From Burkholderiaceae bacterium (GTDB lineage Bacteria; Patescibacteriota; Saccharimonadia; Saccharimonadales; AQU-01), in the NCBI GenBank assembly GCA_043788365.1, contig JAYVTZ010000011.1, positions 31,272-95,271 of the forward strand: a DNA stretch of 64,000 bases, written 5' to 3'. This document shows positions 9,607 to 17,849 of the stretch, one piece after another. Under the pieces are notes generated by a model. It was not told the origin of the DNA, searched no databases, and was given only the letters and a program-made list of their open reading frames with translations. The first letter of the stretch is position 1. Every line of letters starts with the position of its first letter. The position numbers were made by a program, and so were the translations under genes.

Positions 9607-10683
9607 ATGTATAAAGTAGTCACAAACAATCAGATTACTGCGACGACAAATCTCTTAACCATAAAGCCTGATGATAGTGGTCAGTCAATCAGCTTCACGT
9701 CTGGACAGTATGCAGCTATCAGTTTCTATTCTGAGTCAGGGCGTCCAACGGTTGCGCGTTGCTTTTCAATAGTCAGCTCACCTCTTGATACTGAGAAACT
9801 GCAGTTTAGTATGCGCACATCAGGCCGCTACACTAAGGCCATTAAAAATTTACGGCCAGGAGATAATGTTAAGGTCATGGGGCCGTTTGGTGGTTTTGTT
9901 TTTGATAGCGCGGAGGACCAGGACGCCCTGTTTTTAGCTGGCGGCATTGGCATTACGCCATTTATAAGTATTATCCGATATTTAACGCAGATAAAGTCGC
10001 CTAACAAGATTACTCTAGTTTATAGTTGTCGTCAGCAGGATGATATACCATTTCTAAATGAGTTAATCGAGTTAGAGAAACAAAATCCTAATTTTAAGGT
10101 GGCGTTTGTAATAAGTGAAGGTTCGACCGATACTCTTACCGGCCAACGAGTTGCTAAGGGTCGAATTACGCCTGAGCTGATTGATAACGTTGTGCGCGAT
10201 GGTTACGACACGAAAACCTTTTATATCTGTGGCCCTTCGGCTTTTATGGGTGGCATGACTAAGATATTGCACAGTCGTGGCGTTAAGTCTTTTCAGATTG
10301 TGACTGAAGCATTTAGCCAGGGGTCATTAAAACAAACCGGTAAAATTAAAAGTTGGCCATTTAATATTTACGTCCTCGGTGCAGTTGGTATTGCTCTGGG
10401 TAGTTTTATTGTCACGATTTTTGATGTGCTTAAAACCCTGCCACCGAGTAATTCGACAAGTTCATCAAGTGTTACGGTCGTGCCATCACCAATAAGTACT
10501 CGTCAGTCTGATCTTGACCAACTCGTAAATCAGTTATCTGCTAATGCTAGCACTGGGGTGCCAACTGACCAAGCAAAGAGTGCTCAAAACACACCTCTGC
10601 CAACCACCCAACAACCACCAGCTACACCAGTCCCGAAAGTTATCTGTCGAACTAGCGCAAGTGGTGTCAGGACCTGTTTCTAA
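9607..10683 (+). CDS. FNR-family FAD/NAD(P)H oxidoreductase with C-terminal TM anchor and S/T/P-rich tail
   Basis: RCFSIVSSP (RxYS-type FAD motif), GGIGITPF (NAD(P) motif), YICGPSAFM; then a TM helix from 10354 and a low-complexity tail. Start placed at ATG 9607 (AAGGA upstream) rather than the track GTG at 9505. Confidence 0.75.
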   Translation: MYKVVTNNQITATTNLLTIKPDDSGQSISFTSGQYAAISFYSESGRPTVARCFSIVSSPLDTEKLQFSMRTSGRYTKAIKNLRPGDNVKVMGPFGGFVFDSAEDQDALFLAGGIGITPFISIIRYLTQIKSPNKITLVYSCRQQDDIPFLNELIELEKQNPNFKVAFVISEGSTDTLTGQRVAKGRITPELIDNVVRDGYDTKTFYICGPSAFMGGMTKILHSRGVKSFQIVTEAFSQGSLKQTGKIKSWPFNIYVLGAVGIALGSFIVTIFDVLKTLPPSNSTSSSSVTVVPSPISTRQSDLDQLVNQLSANASTGVPTDQAKSAQNTPLPTTQQPPATPVPKVICRTSASGVRTCF

Positions 10684-11654
10684 TGAAACTGCAGAGCTTC
10701 ACTCAAGCTAAATTAGCTTTAGGCAGCGATGTCTTGCTGACGCTTGTAACTGACAGACCCGTCGGCGACGTTAATCAATTGTTCGATACTCTGTGGATTA
10801 AAATATTTCAATTCGAGCAGCAGTTTAGTCGTTTTCTGCCGAGTAGTGAGCTGTCGGCTTTTAACCGTGCCGCCGGTCTGAAAGCCGCAGTTTCAGATGA
10901 CTTTAGGACTGTATTAAGCGTTGCTAAAAGTTTGGCAGAACAAACAAATGGTCTTTATAACCCCTTCATCTTGCCTGCACTACAGCGATCTGGCTATCAC
11001 CAGTCACAAGTCAAAAAGTATCAAAATGACAAAGTTGATAATTATAGTGACAAAAATGTCGTCACCCATGACCGATTAGTAATTGGTGATGAATGGGCCC
11101 AGATTCCATATGGTACGGCGATTGACTTAGGCGGTATGGGGAAAGGCTACTTAGCTGATAAATTAGCCGAGATAATACCTGACTGGGTTAGCGGTTATTG
11201 GCTATCAATTGGTGGTGACGTCGTCGGAAATGGCAGTGATGAACACAGTAAGCCTTGGCTGGTTGAAATTGACAGTGGTTATGACGAGGTAACTGATTGG
11301 GTTTACCAGAACAACAGCAGCAAGTTTTCAATAGCGACATCCGGAACGACTGTTCATAAATGGACAAAGGATGGCGAGAATAGACATCACATTATTGATC
11401 CTCGTACACTAAAGCCAGCAAGCAGTGACGTTTGGCTTTCGACAGTTGTTGCCCACGATACGGTGACAGCGGATGTCCTGGCCTCGTGCGCTGTTATTTT
11501 GGGCGAAGAACAATCTAAGCAGTTTTTGAAGAGCCACGGCATCGATACATTCATACTTCAAACCGAAGACGTTAACGGCCAAAAGCGTGAATCAGTAGTT
11601 GGGCAGATAACGAGGTCGCTGACACGAGGCACAAGGAAATTAATAAATGCGTAA
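10683..11654 (+). CDS. apbE: FAD:protein FMN transferase (ApbE family), no signal peptide or lipobox visible
   Basis: ApbE signatures (DLGGMGKGYLADK, IATSGTTVHKW, HHIIDPRT). Start overlaps the upstream stop (TAATG). Confidence 0.85.
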   Translation: MKLQSFTQAKLALGSDVLLTLVTDRPVGDVNQLFDTLWIKIFQFEQQFSRFLPSSELSAFNRAAGLKAAVSDDFRTVLSVAKSLAEQTNGLYNPFILPALQRSGYHQSQVKKYQNDKVDNYSDKNVVTHDRLVIGDEWAQIPYGTAIDLGGMGKGYLADKLAEIIPDWVSGYWLSIGGDVVGNGSDEHSKPWLVEIDSGYDEVTDWVYQNNSSKFSIATSGTTVHKWTKDGENRHHIIDPRTLKPASSDVWLSTVVAHDTVTADVLASCAVILGEEQSKQFLKSHGIDTFILQTEDVNGQKRESVVGQITRSLTRGTRKLINA

Positions 11655-12372
11655 GCTGATTCTAATTGTACTCGCAGGTCTATCTCTAAGTGCTGCAATG
11701 CTTAGCCAACCTAGTCCAGCGCCTGTTTTTGCCGAAGCAAGCACGACGTCAACCCAAGTTCAAATTCAAACAATTCCTGGACCAACGGTTGCAGCTAAAT
11801 TATCCGAAAGAATCCACAAGTCGTGGTCATGGTATTTGACCCGAGCGTCTGGTATGGTTGCCGCAATTACATTGGTATTGTTACTGATTTCAGGTATTGG
11901 TCAAGTTACTGGCTATATGTTTCATATACTTGACCCGATAACATCATGGGCGTCGCACCGTGCCCTAGGAGTCACATTCGGCGTGTCTTTATTCGTCCAT
12001 ATAACTAGTATTTTGTTTGACCACTTTGTGCCATTTTCTTTAAAACAAGTTTTGGTTCCATTTGCCTCCACCTATCGCCCGGTTAGACTTTTTGGTCATA
12101 ACTTCGGCTCGTTGTATGTTGCCCTTGGCGTATTTGCGTTTTATCTAACAGCATTAATAATCGTAACTTCATATATTTGGATAAATAAGCAACCAAAGTT
12201 ATGGAAACTGACGCATTTGTTGTCTTACGTTGTGATGATTTTAGTATTTTTCCACGCGCTGAACATCGGCACTGATCTTGCAACTGGCTATTGGCGTTAT
12301 GCTTGGTTTGCGGCAGCGGGCATTGTTGGTTTTAGCTTCATCCATCGCCTGTGGAGGGCATACACAACATGA
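11647..12372 (+). CDS. Ferric-reductase-like / MsrQ(YedZ)-like transmembrane heme-binding domain protein
   Basis: Signal/anchor plus about five TM helices with paired His (HRALG...FVHITS; THLL...FFHALN). 8-nt overlap with apbE. Confidence 0.65.
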   Translation: MRKLILIVLAGLSLSAAMLSQPSPAPVFAEASTTSTQVQIQTIPGPTVAAKLSERIHKSWSWYLTRASGMVAAITLVLLLISGIGQVTGYMFHILDPITSWASHRALGVTFGVSLFVHITSILFDHFVPFSLKQVLVPFASTYRPVRLFGHNFGSLYVALGVFAFYLTALIIVTSYIWINKQPKLWKLTHLLSYVVMILVFFHALNIGTDLATGYWRYAWFAAAGIVGFSFIHRLWRAYTT

Positions 12373-12947
12373 ACCGTAAACTGAGCTACGAGCAGAACAA
12401 GCATCGCCGATTATTTGCCTGGCTTGCCGTCTACGTTTTAATTATTTTCTCAATTTTCTCAATTATTTATTATGTCACCACTAGGTTGCGTACTCACACG
12501 CTTCCAGTGGGAAGTATTTCACTAGTCATTCCCTACTCGCAATATGCAGCCGGAGAGCCAATAACATTCCAGATGGTCAACAACCTAAATAGCTCGATAT
12601 ATGTAATTAATGAGTGTCCGGCCGAGCCGCTCAACGTTTATATTTGGCAAGATAGTGCTTGGGTGCGGATACATGATCAGGCTAATCCAAATGACTGTCC
12701 AGCTGAAAATCGTAAAGTCGCAGTTGCACCAAATTCAAGCCTGTCGGGAGACTTTAACGCTTGGCCGAATTTATTTGCCCAAGCTGGTAAATATCGCGTT
12801 GTTGCAGTAATTGAACACTACAATGCATTACCGTATCAAGACTTTGAAGTTGTATCTCCACCGACCTCCGTTGCTCCAGCCGTCAATCAACAAACAAATG
12901 TGAATATACCTACTGTTACACGCAGGCGACCTAACAACGATGATTAA
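12369..12947 (+). CDS. Membrane-anchored extracytoplasmic protein with two (E/D)CPAE motifs
   Basis: ATG at 12369 overlaps the previous stop (ATGA). One N-terminal TM, then a beta-rich domain with NECPAEP and NDCPAEN. Confidence 0.5.
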   Translation: MNRKLSYEQNKHRRLFAWLAVYVLIIFSIFSIIYYVTTRLRTHTLPVGSISLVIPYSQYAAGEPITFQMVNNLNSSIYVINECPAEPLNVYIWQDSAWVRIHDQANPNDCPAENRKVAVAPNSSLSGDFNAWPNLFAQAGKYRVVAVIEHYNALPYQDFEVVSPPTSVAPAVNQQTNVNIPTVTRRRPNNDD

Positions 12948-12994
12948 TTTTACATAAATAGTAAACAAAAATAAAAAAGGTGTAATATATATTC

Positions 12995-13414
12995 ATGGAT
13001 CAAACAATTAGTTCACAAAAAGTAGTAATCGTAGAAGATAATGTTGCCTTAGCAGAAATATACAAAACGCGTCTTGGGCTACTGGGTTATACCTGTTTCA
13101 CAGCTTATGATGGAGTTGAAGCGCTAGAAGTAATTGAGCGAGAGCTCCCCGGACTGGTCTTGCTGGATTTAATGGTTCCTAAAATTGCTGGTGACCAAAT
13201 TCTAGCTAGAATGCGTTCGACACCATGGGGTAAAGACATTAAAGCCTTGATAATCTCGAACTTAAATGAAGCCGACGCACCTCCAGGACTTAGAGAAATG
13301 GGGATCGAGGGCTATGCAGTTAAGATGAACCTCTCGAATGACCAGCTCGACCAACTGGTTGACAGTATTCTAAAGCCCACGGGTCAGACTGAGTCGACTA
13401 GCCTTGAAGGCTAG
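12995..13414 (+). CDS. Stand-alone CheY-like receiver domain protein
   Basis: VVIVEDN...LVLLDLMVP...AVKMN receiver pattern, no output domain. Confidence 0.85.
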   Translation: MDQTISSQKVVIVEDNVALAEIYKTRLGLLGYTCFTAYDGVEALEVIERELPGLVLLDLMVPKIAGDQILARMRSTPWGKDIKALIISNLNEADAPPGLREMGIEGYAVKMNLSNDQLDQLVDSILKPTGQTESTSLEG

Positions 13415-13440
13415 CGCGAATATTTTTGTTACGAATTAAA

Positions 13441-14010
13441 CTATTCAGTCACGAAATCAGTGCCGTTCCAATGGTAGACGTTAGTTATGCTGTCGGTACC
13501 GCCGGGTGTTTCGATATCGCCCTTCTCTGTCAGTTTTACGCCGCTAATTGACCATGTCGAGTGGTTGAGTCGCTGGGCCGTTGGCACGAACCAGAGTTCC
13601 TGGGGCTGATTTTTAGTGTCGAGTGTCCAAACGGCGGCAAAACTCGACCCAAGTGTTCCGGGGATTTTAGCCCATACGAAGGCATCGGTTATACCATCGC
13701 CGTTAAAGTCAGTGTAGGTCGGCGTAACTCCGGAATCCGTCCAAGCTGTAAAATCGGCCAAGCGACGACGGAAACTAGCGTTTAGTAATCCTGCCGGGTC
13801 TAGCGATTGGATTTGGGCCTGCTTAACTGTTGTCGGTTGCGGTGTTGGTGCGCTTTGTACTGCTGTATTTGTCGGACTTGGTTTTGTTGACTGTGTCTGA
13901 TTATTACTGCTGGCTGGGTTGTTGTGTTTAGAGCCAATAATATATGCACCTCCACCAACTCCACCCAAAACAATCACACTAATTACTATTTGCACGAGTT
14001 TACGATTCAT
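13441..14010 (-). CDS. Membrane-anchored exoprotein with FG-GAP/VCBS-like motif
   Basis: Start moved to ATG 14010 (AGGAG RBS). TM anchor, Pro/Thr/Gln linker, DFNGDGITD Ca-binding-like motif. Confidence 0.5.
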   Translation of the reverse strand: MNRKLVQIVISVIVLGGVGGGAYIIGSKHNNPASSNNQTQSTKPSPTNTAVQSAPTPQPTTVKQAQIQSLDPAGLLNASFRRRLADFTAWTDSGVTPTYTDFNGDGITDAFVWAKIPGTLGSSFAAVWTLDTKNQPQELWFVPTAQRLNHSTWSISGVKLTEKGDIETPGGTDSITNVYHWNGTDFVTE

Positions 14011-14121
14011 ATTTCTCCTATACATCAAGATTGTAGTCTGATTATGGTCACTTATCAAGCATAAGTTAATACTATATCCCAACAGTCTGCAACTCGCAAA
14101 AATTCACAGAATTTTTCACTG

Positions 14122-14364
14122 CTATTCAAGAGTAAGAGCAGTATTTTGTGGATTGTTGACTATCTCAAAAAATCCTGTGTCAGGATCTGCATTAGCTAAA
14201 ACAATCTGTCCTATACTGAGACCAGCGTCTTCCAACTTGCCCGCATCAGCCAATTTTATCTCGGCTATTTCCCATGTTGACCCAGTTGTAGTCCCCCTTG
14301 AGACGTCCTCTCCTGAAGGATGACTCTGCGTTGCTTCGTCATGAGCTGAATGTAATAAAGTCAT
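14122..14364 (-). CDS. Hypothetical protein (80 aa)
   Basis: ORF only; co-oriented with neighbours. Confidence 0.35.
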   Translation of the reverse strand: MTLLHSAHDEATQSHPSGEDVSRGTTTGSTWEIAEIKLADAGKLEDAGLSIGQIVLANADPDTGFFEIVNNPQNTALTLE

Positions 14365-14407
14365 GTGTTAAATTATACACCCGTTGTGCAAAACACGAAC
14401 ACACTAC

Positions 14408-15325
14408 TTATAGTAGTTCTTTGTACTTTTGCTGGGCTTCTTGAAGAGTACAAAAATAACCAACGGTTTTGTCGCTAGAGCTCCACTGAAAGAGAACAAA
14501 CTCGTAGACGTCGTTGTTATCGGGTGAGTAGGCGTGATATACGAGTGTACTAGCGATGCCAGGAGTTTGTTGGACTACTATAGGCTTGTGGCCACACGCC
14601 ACGACTGCTGATGCATAGTCCCGCTTGAGTTGTGTTATGTGTGAGTTGTTATTCGCTTCACTCACCATTCCTGAAATTATTATAGCCACAATTAAGAATA
14701 CTATGGCCGCCACAACCACCCACAACCAATGATGTGATTGATGAGTTGTTTGTTCGGTCAAATCACTAGGCTTAATATTGCTATTTGTAATGCCAGTGCG
14801 TTCGGCTTGTGGTTGAGGATGATCAATATTTACTGATGTTGATTGTTGCACTGTTGAGGCTATTGATAGTTTCGGGATAGCGGATTCTGGCTCTAGCGGT
14901 ACAAATACTTCTCTAGTTTGCTTTTCGGATAGCCTGTGAGAATATTTTTTTGAAGAAAGTTTAGATATGTAGCCTAGCATCGTTTCAAGACTAAGTGTCA
15001 CAACGAATGGATACCAAAATAAATAGCCTACTTGATGACGGTTGTCTAAATAGGCAACAATACCTGAAACTACGCCTACAACAGGCGCTAAATATATGCC
15101 TGTCTTAATAAAAGTAGAGCTACGTTTGTCTGGCGATTGAGCAAGTCCCTGATAACCCCTAAAAACAAGTCCACCAATAAGAATTAGGAATGGTATTGCT
15201 AAGAGATAGGCTATGGTTGACCCGAGCTGGCTGATAAAAAGTATGCCAATAGGAAAAACTATAGCGCAGGCTACTGTCAGTAAAACAATAACAGAACTAG
15301 TTTTAAATAGACTAAATTTCGACAT
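14408..15325 (-). CDS. Polytopic membrane protein with C-terminal extracytoplasmic domain
   Basis: ATG 15325 preceded by AAGGAG, which overlaps the end of the Nudix-HD gene. Four TM, linker, a fifth TM, then a ~85 aa domain. Confidence 0.55.
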   Translation of the reverse strand: MSKFSLFKTSSVIVLLTVACAIVFPIGILFISQLGSTIAYLLAIPFLILIGGLVFRGYQGLAQSPDKRSSTFIKTGIYLAPVVGVVSGIVAYLDNRHQVGYLFWYPFVVTLSLETMLGYISKLSSKKYSHRLSEKQTREVFVPLEPESAIPKLSIASTVQQSTSVNIDHPQPQAERTGITNSNIKPSDLTEQTTHQSHHWLWVVVAAIVFLIVAIIISGMVSEANNNSHITQLKRDYASAVVACGHKPIVVQQTPGIASTLVYHAYSPDNNDVYEFVLFQWSSSDKTVGYFCTLQEAQQKYKELL

Positions 15326-15333
15326 ATTCTCCT

Positions 15334-16428
15334 TCAACTCATATTAGCACTATCGATATGATGCCGTAAGTACTTATTGGCAAGCTCTAGACCGATTTCC
15401 CTGCGTAGCTCGACTATTTTGTCAAACTCACCATATTTATAGAGATCACGTTTGATTAAATCTCGTTCACTCTTCAAAAATGAGTCATAGCTGTAGTTTG
15501 CTTTCAAAATGGCTGCCTGATTTGGCATATGAATCAGCAGCACCATCAGCTTATCTACGGCTCTTATGAATCTCGCCTCTGGCACAGATTGATCTTCATA
15601 CTCAGTCATAAACTTCGCATAGCCGGGCATGTGGGCATACTCTTTCAGAAGTTGTTTTAGCCCCTTGGTTTCAAGACGCCGTTTGGCGTCTTGGTCGAGG
15701 TTAGACAAGGCGTCGGTTGGTGTGTCACCGACGTAGGCTTCGATATCGTCGTGTAGGGTAGCGAACCTCGCTACCAGATTTTCATCTAGCTCCGGGTAAA
15801 GTAGGCGCGACAGTTCGGGCGCGACTTTTGCCAGCATCAAGCTATGCTCAGCGACATTTTCGTCCCGGCCATCTGGATGATTACAGCGGGTACGTAAAAT
15901 AGTTGTTTGTCGACTGGCAAGTGCGCCCATTTGGATAGCTATAGACGCGCCAATTGTTAGTCCACTATCGGTGACCGGGATTGAATACAAAAATTTGGTT
16001 TGCTGCCGCTCGTTGGCATACTTACTAACTGTTTTCATTGACTGCTTATTACCGTCAAATTTTAGTAATTTTGCGGCATCGTCGAGGGCGAGCCACCTGA
16101 ATTCGGAGTGTTCCTCACTGTTTATGACAATATCGGTGCTATCGCCCACTTCTACAGCAAAGACATGGTCTTTGCCCATTAATTCATATTCCGTAGATTC
16201 CCAGTTATATATCTCAAGACAGTCGCTGACGTGGAGCGTTGTTGTGATGCCAGCCTCCTCGGCTAGCTCACGAATTAATGTCTGCGTGGCGTCCTCACCG
16301 TCTTCAATTGTACCTGTTATAGCCTGCCAAAAACCGCCGTCACTTGGTACGCGCTTAATTATTAGGAACTCTAAGCCCGCATCTTTGTATCTATAAACTA
16401 CTCCTTGAGCAATATTTGTTGTTCTCAT
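15334..16428 (-). CDS. Nudix hydrolase fused to YfbR-like HD-domain 5'-deoxynucleotidase
   Basis: Nudix box GTIEDGEDATQTLIRELAEEAGI in the N-terminal half. The C-terminal half matches E. coli YfbR landmarks (ENVAEHSLMLA, LHDDIEAYVGDTPTD, IRAVDKL). Confidence 0.8.
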   Translation of the reverse strand: MRTTNIAQGVVYRYKDAGLEFLIIKRVPSDGGFWQAITGTIEDGEDATQTLIRELAEEAGITTTLHVSDCLEIYNWESTEYELMGKDHVFAVEVGDSTDIVINSEEHSEFRWLALDDAAKLLKFDGNKQSMKTVSKYANERQQTKFLYSIPVTDSGLTIGASIAIQMGALASRQTTILRTRCNHPDGRDENVAEHSLMLAKVAPELSRLLYPELDENLVARFATLHDDIEAYVGDTPTDALSNLDQDAKRRLETKGLKQLLKEYAHMPGYAKFMTEYEDQSVPEARFIRAVDKLMVLLIHMPNQAAILKANYSYDSFLKSERDLIKRDLYKYGEFDKIVELRREIGLELANKYLRHHIDSANMS

Positions 16429-16550
16429 AGTCGTCTTTAGATTTATTATACGTCAAATCTCATATTTAGAACCCCAATGCCAAAGAATTGTCGCTTGCCC
16501 TAGTGGACGCACTTCGCAACTTTTAGTTATTAGACTAGTCAATTTACGAA

Positions 16551-16817
16551 TTAATCTTTATGACTTTGGATCCATTCCCCTACAGTAATTTCTTTCATCT
16601 TATCTCTAATAGTTTCCATCTCTTCTGGACTTCTTCGTAATTCAAACATTCTCTCAGCAACAGCACGAGCAAATTCAACACCATTTGCCTGAGCGAATAT
16701 TGTTGGTACAAAAAAACTTTCTGGCCCAAACCCGTTTTCTTCATATACAGCCTGTATCGTTACTGCCTGGTATGCAGCGTGATCAATGTCGCTAATCGGT
16801 AGTTGATTACTTCCCAT
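16551..16817 (-). CDS. Hypothetical protein (88 aa)
   Basis: ORF only. Confidence 0.4.
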   Translation of the reverse strand: MGSNQLPISDIDHAAYQAVTIQAVYEENGFGPESFFVPTIFAQANGVEFARAVAERMFELRRSPEEMETIRDKMKEITVGEWIQSHKD

Positions 16818-16905
16818 CTTATATATTATACACTAATTTAAATCATTTGCAATATATAAATGCTTATGGCTGAGCACACTGGTCTGGAAGTATCGAGTAT
16901 TATTA

Positions 16906-17178
16906 CTAGATAATTCTTTTTAGCTCAGATTGTTGTTTACGTATTGTCTTGCCTGAGAATGGCCCGCCTAATACCGCACTAATATAACAAACATCAAATA
17001 TACCGGCAGTTAGTGGAAAGAAACTCCATAATATAGCTGCGATCCCAAATGGAATGTGACGAAATATAATTCCTATAAATAAAAAACACAAGCCAGCGAT
17101 GAACCTAAAACTCATACCATAGCCACCATTAATCCATCGCGAGAAACCAGACTTATTAAACTTTTCAGAAATATTCAT
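16906..17178 (-). CDS. Small two-TM membrane protein (DUF2892/YgaP-like)
   Basis: 90 aa; two hydrophobic hairpins and a Gly-rich pattern resembling DUF2892. Confidence 0.4.
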   Translation of the reverse strand: MNISEKFNKSGFSRWINGGYGMSFRFIAGLCFLFIGIIFRHIPFGIAAILWSFFPLTAGIFDVCYISAVLGGPFSGKTIRKQQSELKRII

Positions 17179-17292
17179 CTATTTTCAATTTTATGCTTGC
17201 GTAAATAATAATTCAAATGGCTGGGCGTCATGAATGAGTATCGACCTTAATAGTGGTGGACGAAGACGTATGTGGTGCACATATACAATTAG

Positions 17293-17321
17293 TTGACAGC
17301 ATGCTGTCATGACGCTAAAAT
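17293..17321 (+). promoter_or_regulatory. Promoter (TTGACA-17-TAAAAT) with 16-bp perfect palindromic operator
   Basis: TTGACA 17293-17298, TAAAAT 17316-17321. Palindrome TGACAGCATGCTGTCA at 17294-17309. Antitoxin ATG at 17328, so the transcript is probably leaderless. Confidence 0.5.
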
Positions 17322-17327
17322 GTATTC

Positions 17328-17558
17328 ATGACTACAAAAGCAACACTATACCTAGACTCAACAATGTATAAAACAATAAAGATGCGTGCCGTTGAAACTG
17401 GGCAGACTATCTCTGGACTAATGAATGAGGCCCTACAAGCTCAACTTTCAGAAGACCTTGAGGATATCAACTCTATTCGTTCAAGGCAATCTAAGAAAGA
17501 AAAGCCTTTAACCTATGAAGATGCATTAAAAGAGCTTAAGGCCAGTGGTAAAATATAG
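17328..17558 (+). CDS. Type II antitoxin (ribbon-helix-helix-like)
   Basis: 76 aa acidic protein upstream of, and overlapping, a RelE-like toxin gene. Confidence 0.7.
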   Translation: MTTKATLYLDSTMYKTIKMRAVETGQTISGLMNEALQAQLSEDLEDINSIRSRQSKKEKPLTYEDALKELKASGKI

Positions 17559-17802
17559 CGTTCAGATTTTGCCGAGCGTAGTTCGTCACGATCTTATAAA
17601 GTTGCCCAAAAACGAAGTAACTAGAATAATGGTGCGAATTAAATCTTTGGAAAGTGACCCCCGACCAATTTGGTCAAAAAAGCTTTCTGCTAGAGAGGAA
17701 TACCGTGCGCGTCAAGGCAACTATCGAATCTTATATGTAATTGAAGACACTGTAAAAATCGTTCAAATCACCAAGGTCGGGCATAGACGTAACGTGTATT
17801 AA
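17545..17802 (+). CDS. relE: RelE/ParE-superfamily toxin
   Basis: 85 aa; YRARQGNYRILYVIEDTVKIVQITKVGHRRNVY is the typical RelE/StbE C-terminus. GTG start overlaps the antitoxin by 14 nt. Confidence 0.8.
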   Translation: MVKYSVQILPSVVRHDLIKLPKNEVTRIMVRIKSLESDPRPIWSKKLSAREEYRARQGNYRILYVIEDTVKIVQITKVGHRRNVY

Positions 17803-17849
17803 TAAATGGTCAGCTATCGTTGGTTCTGATGGCACCAAACGATAACGAC

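Noticed and set aside
17218-17227. TGGCTGGGCG, resembling the 3' end of tRNA-Gln (TGGCTGGGACGG), as a possible distal att site of the TA islet
   Set aside because: Only 8 contiguous identical bases, a match length expected by chance a couple of times in a 64-kb window on two strands.
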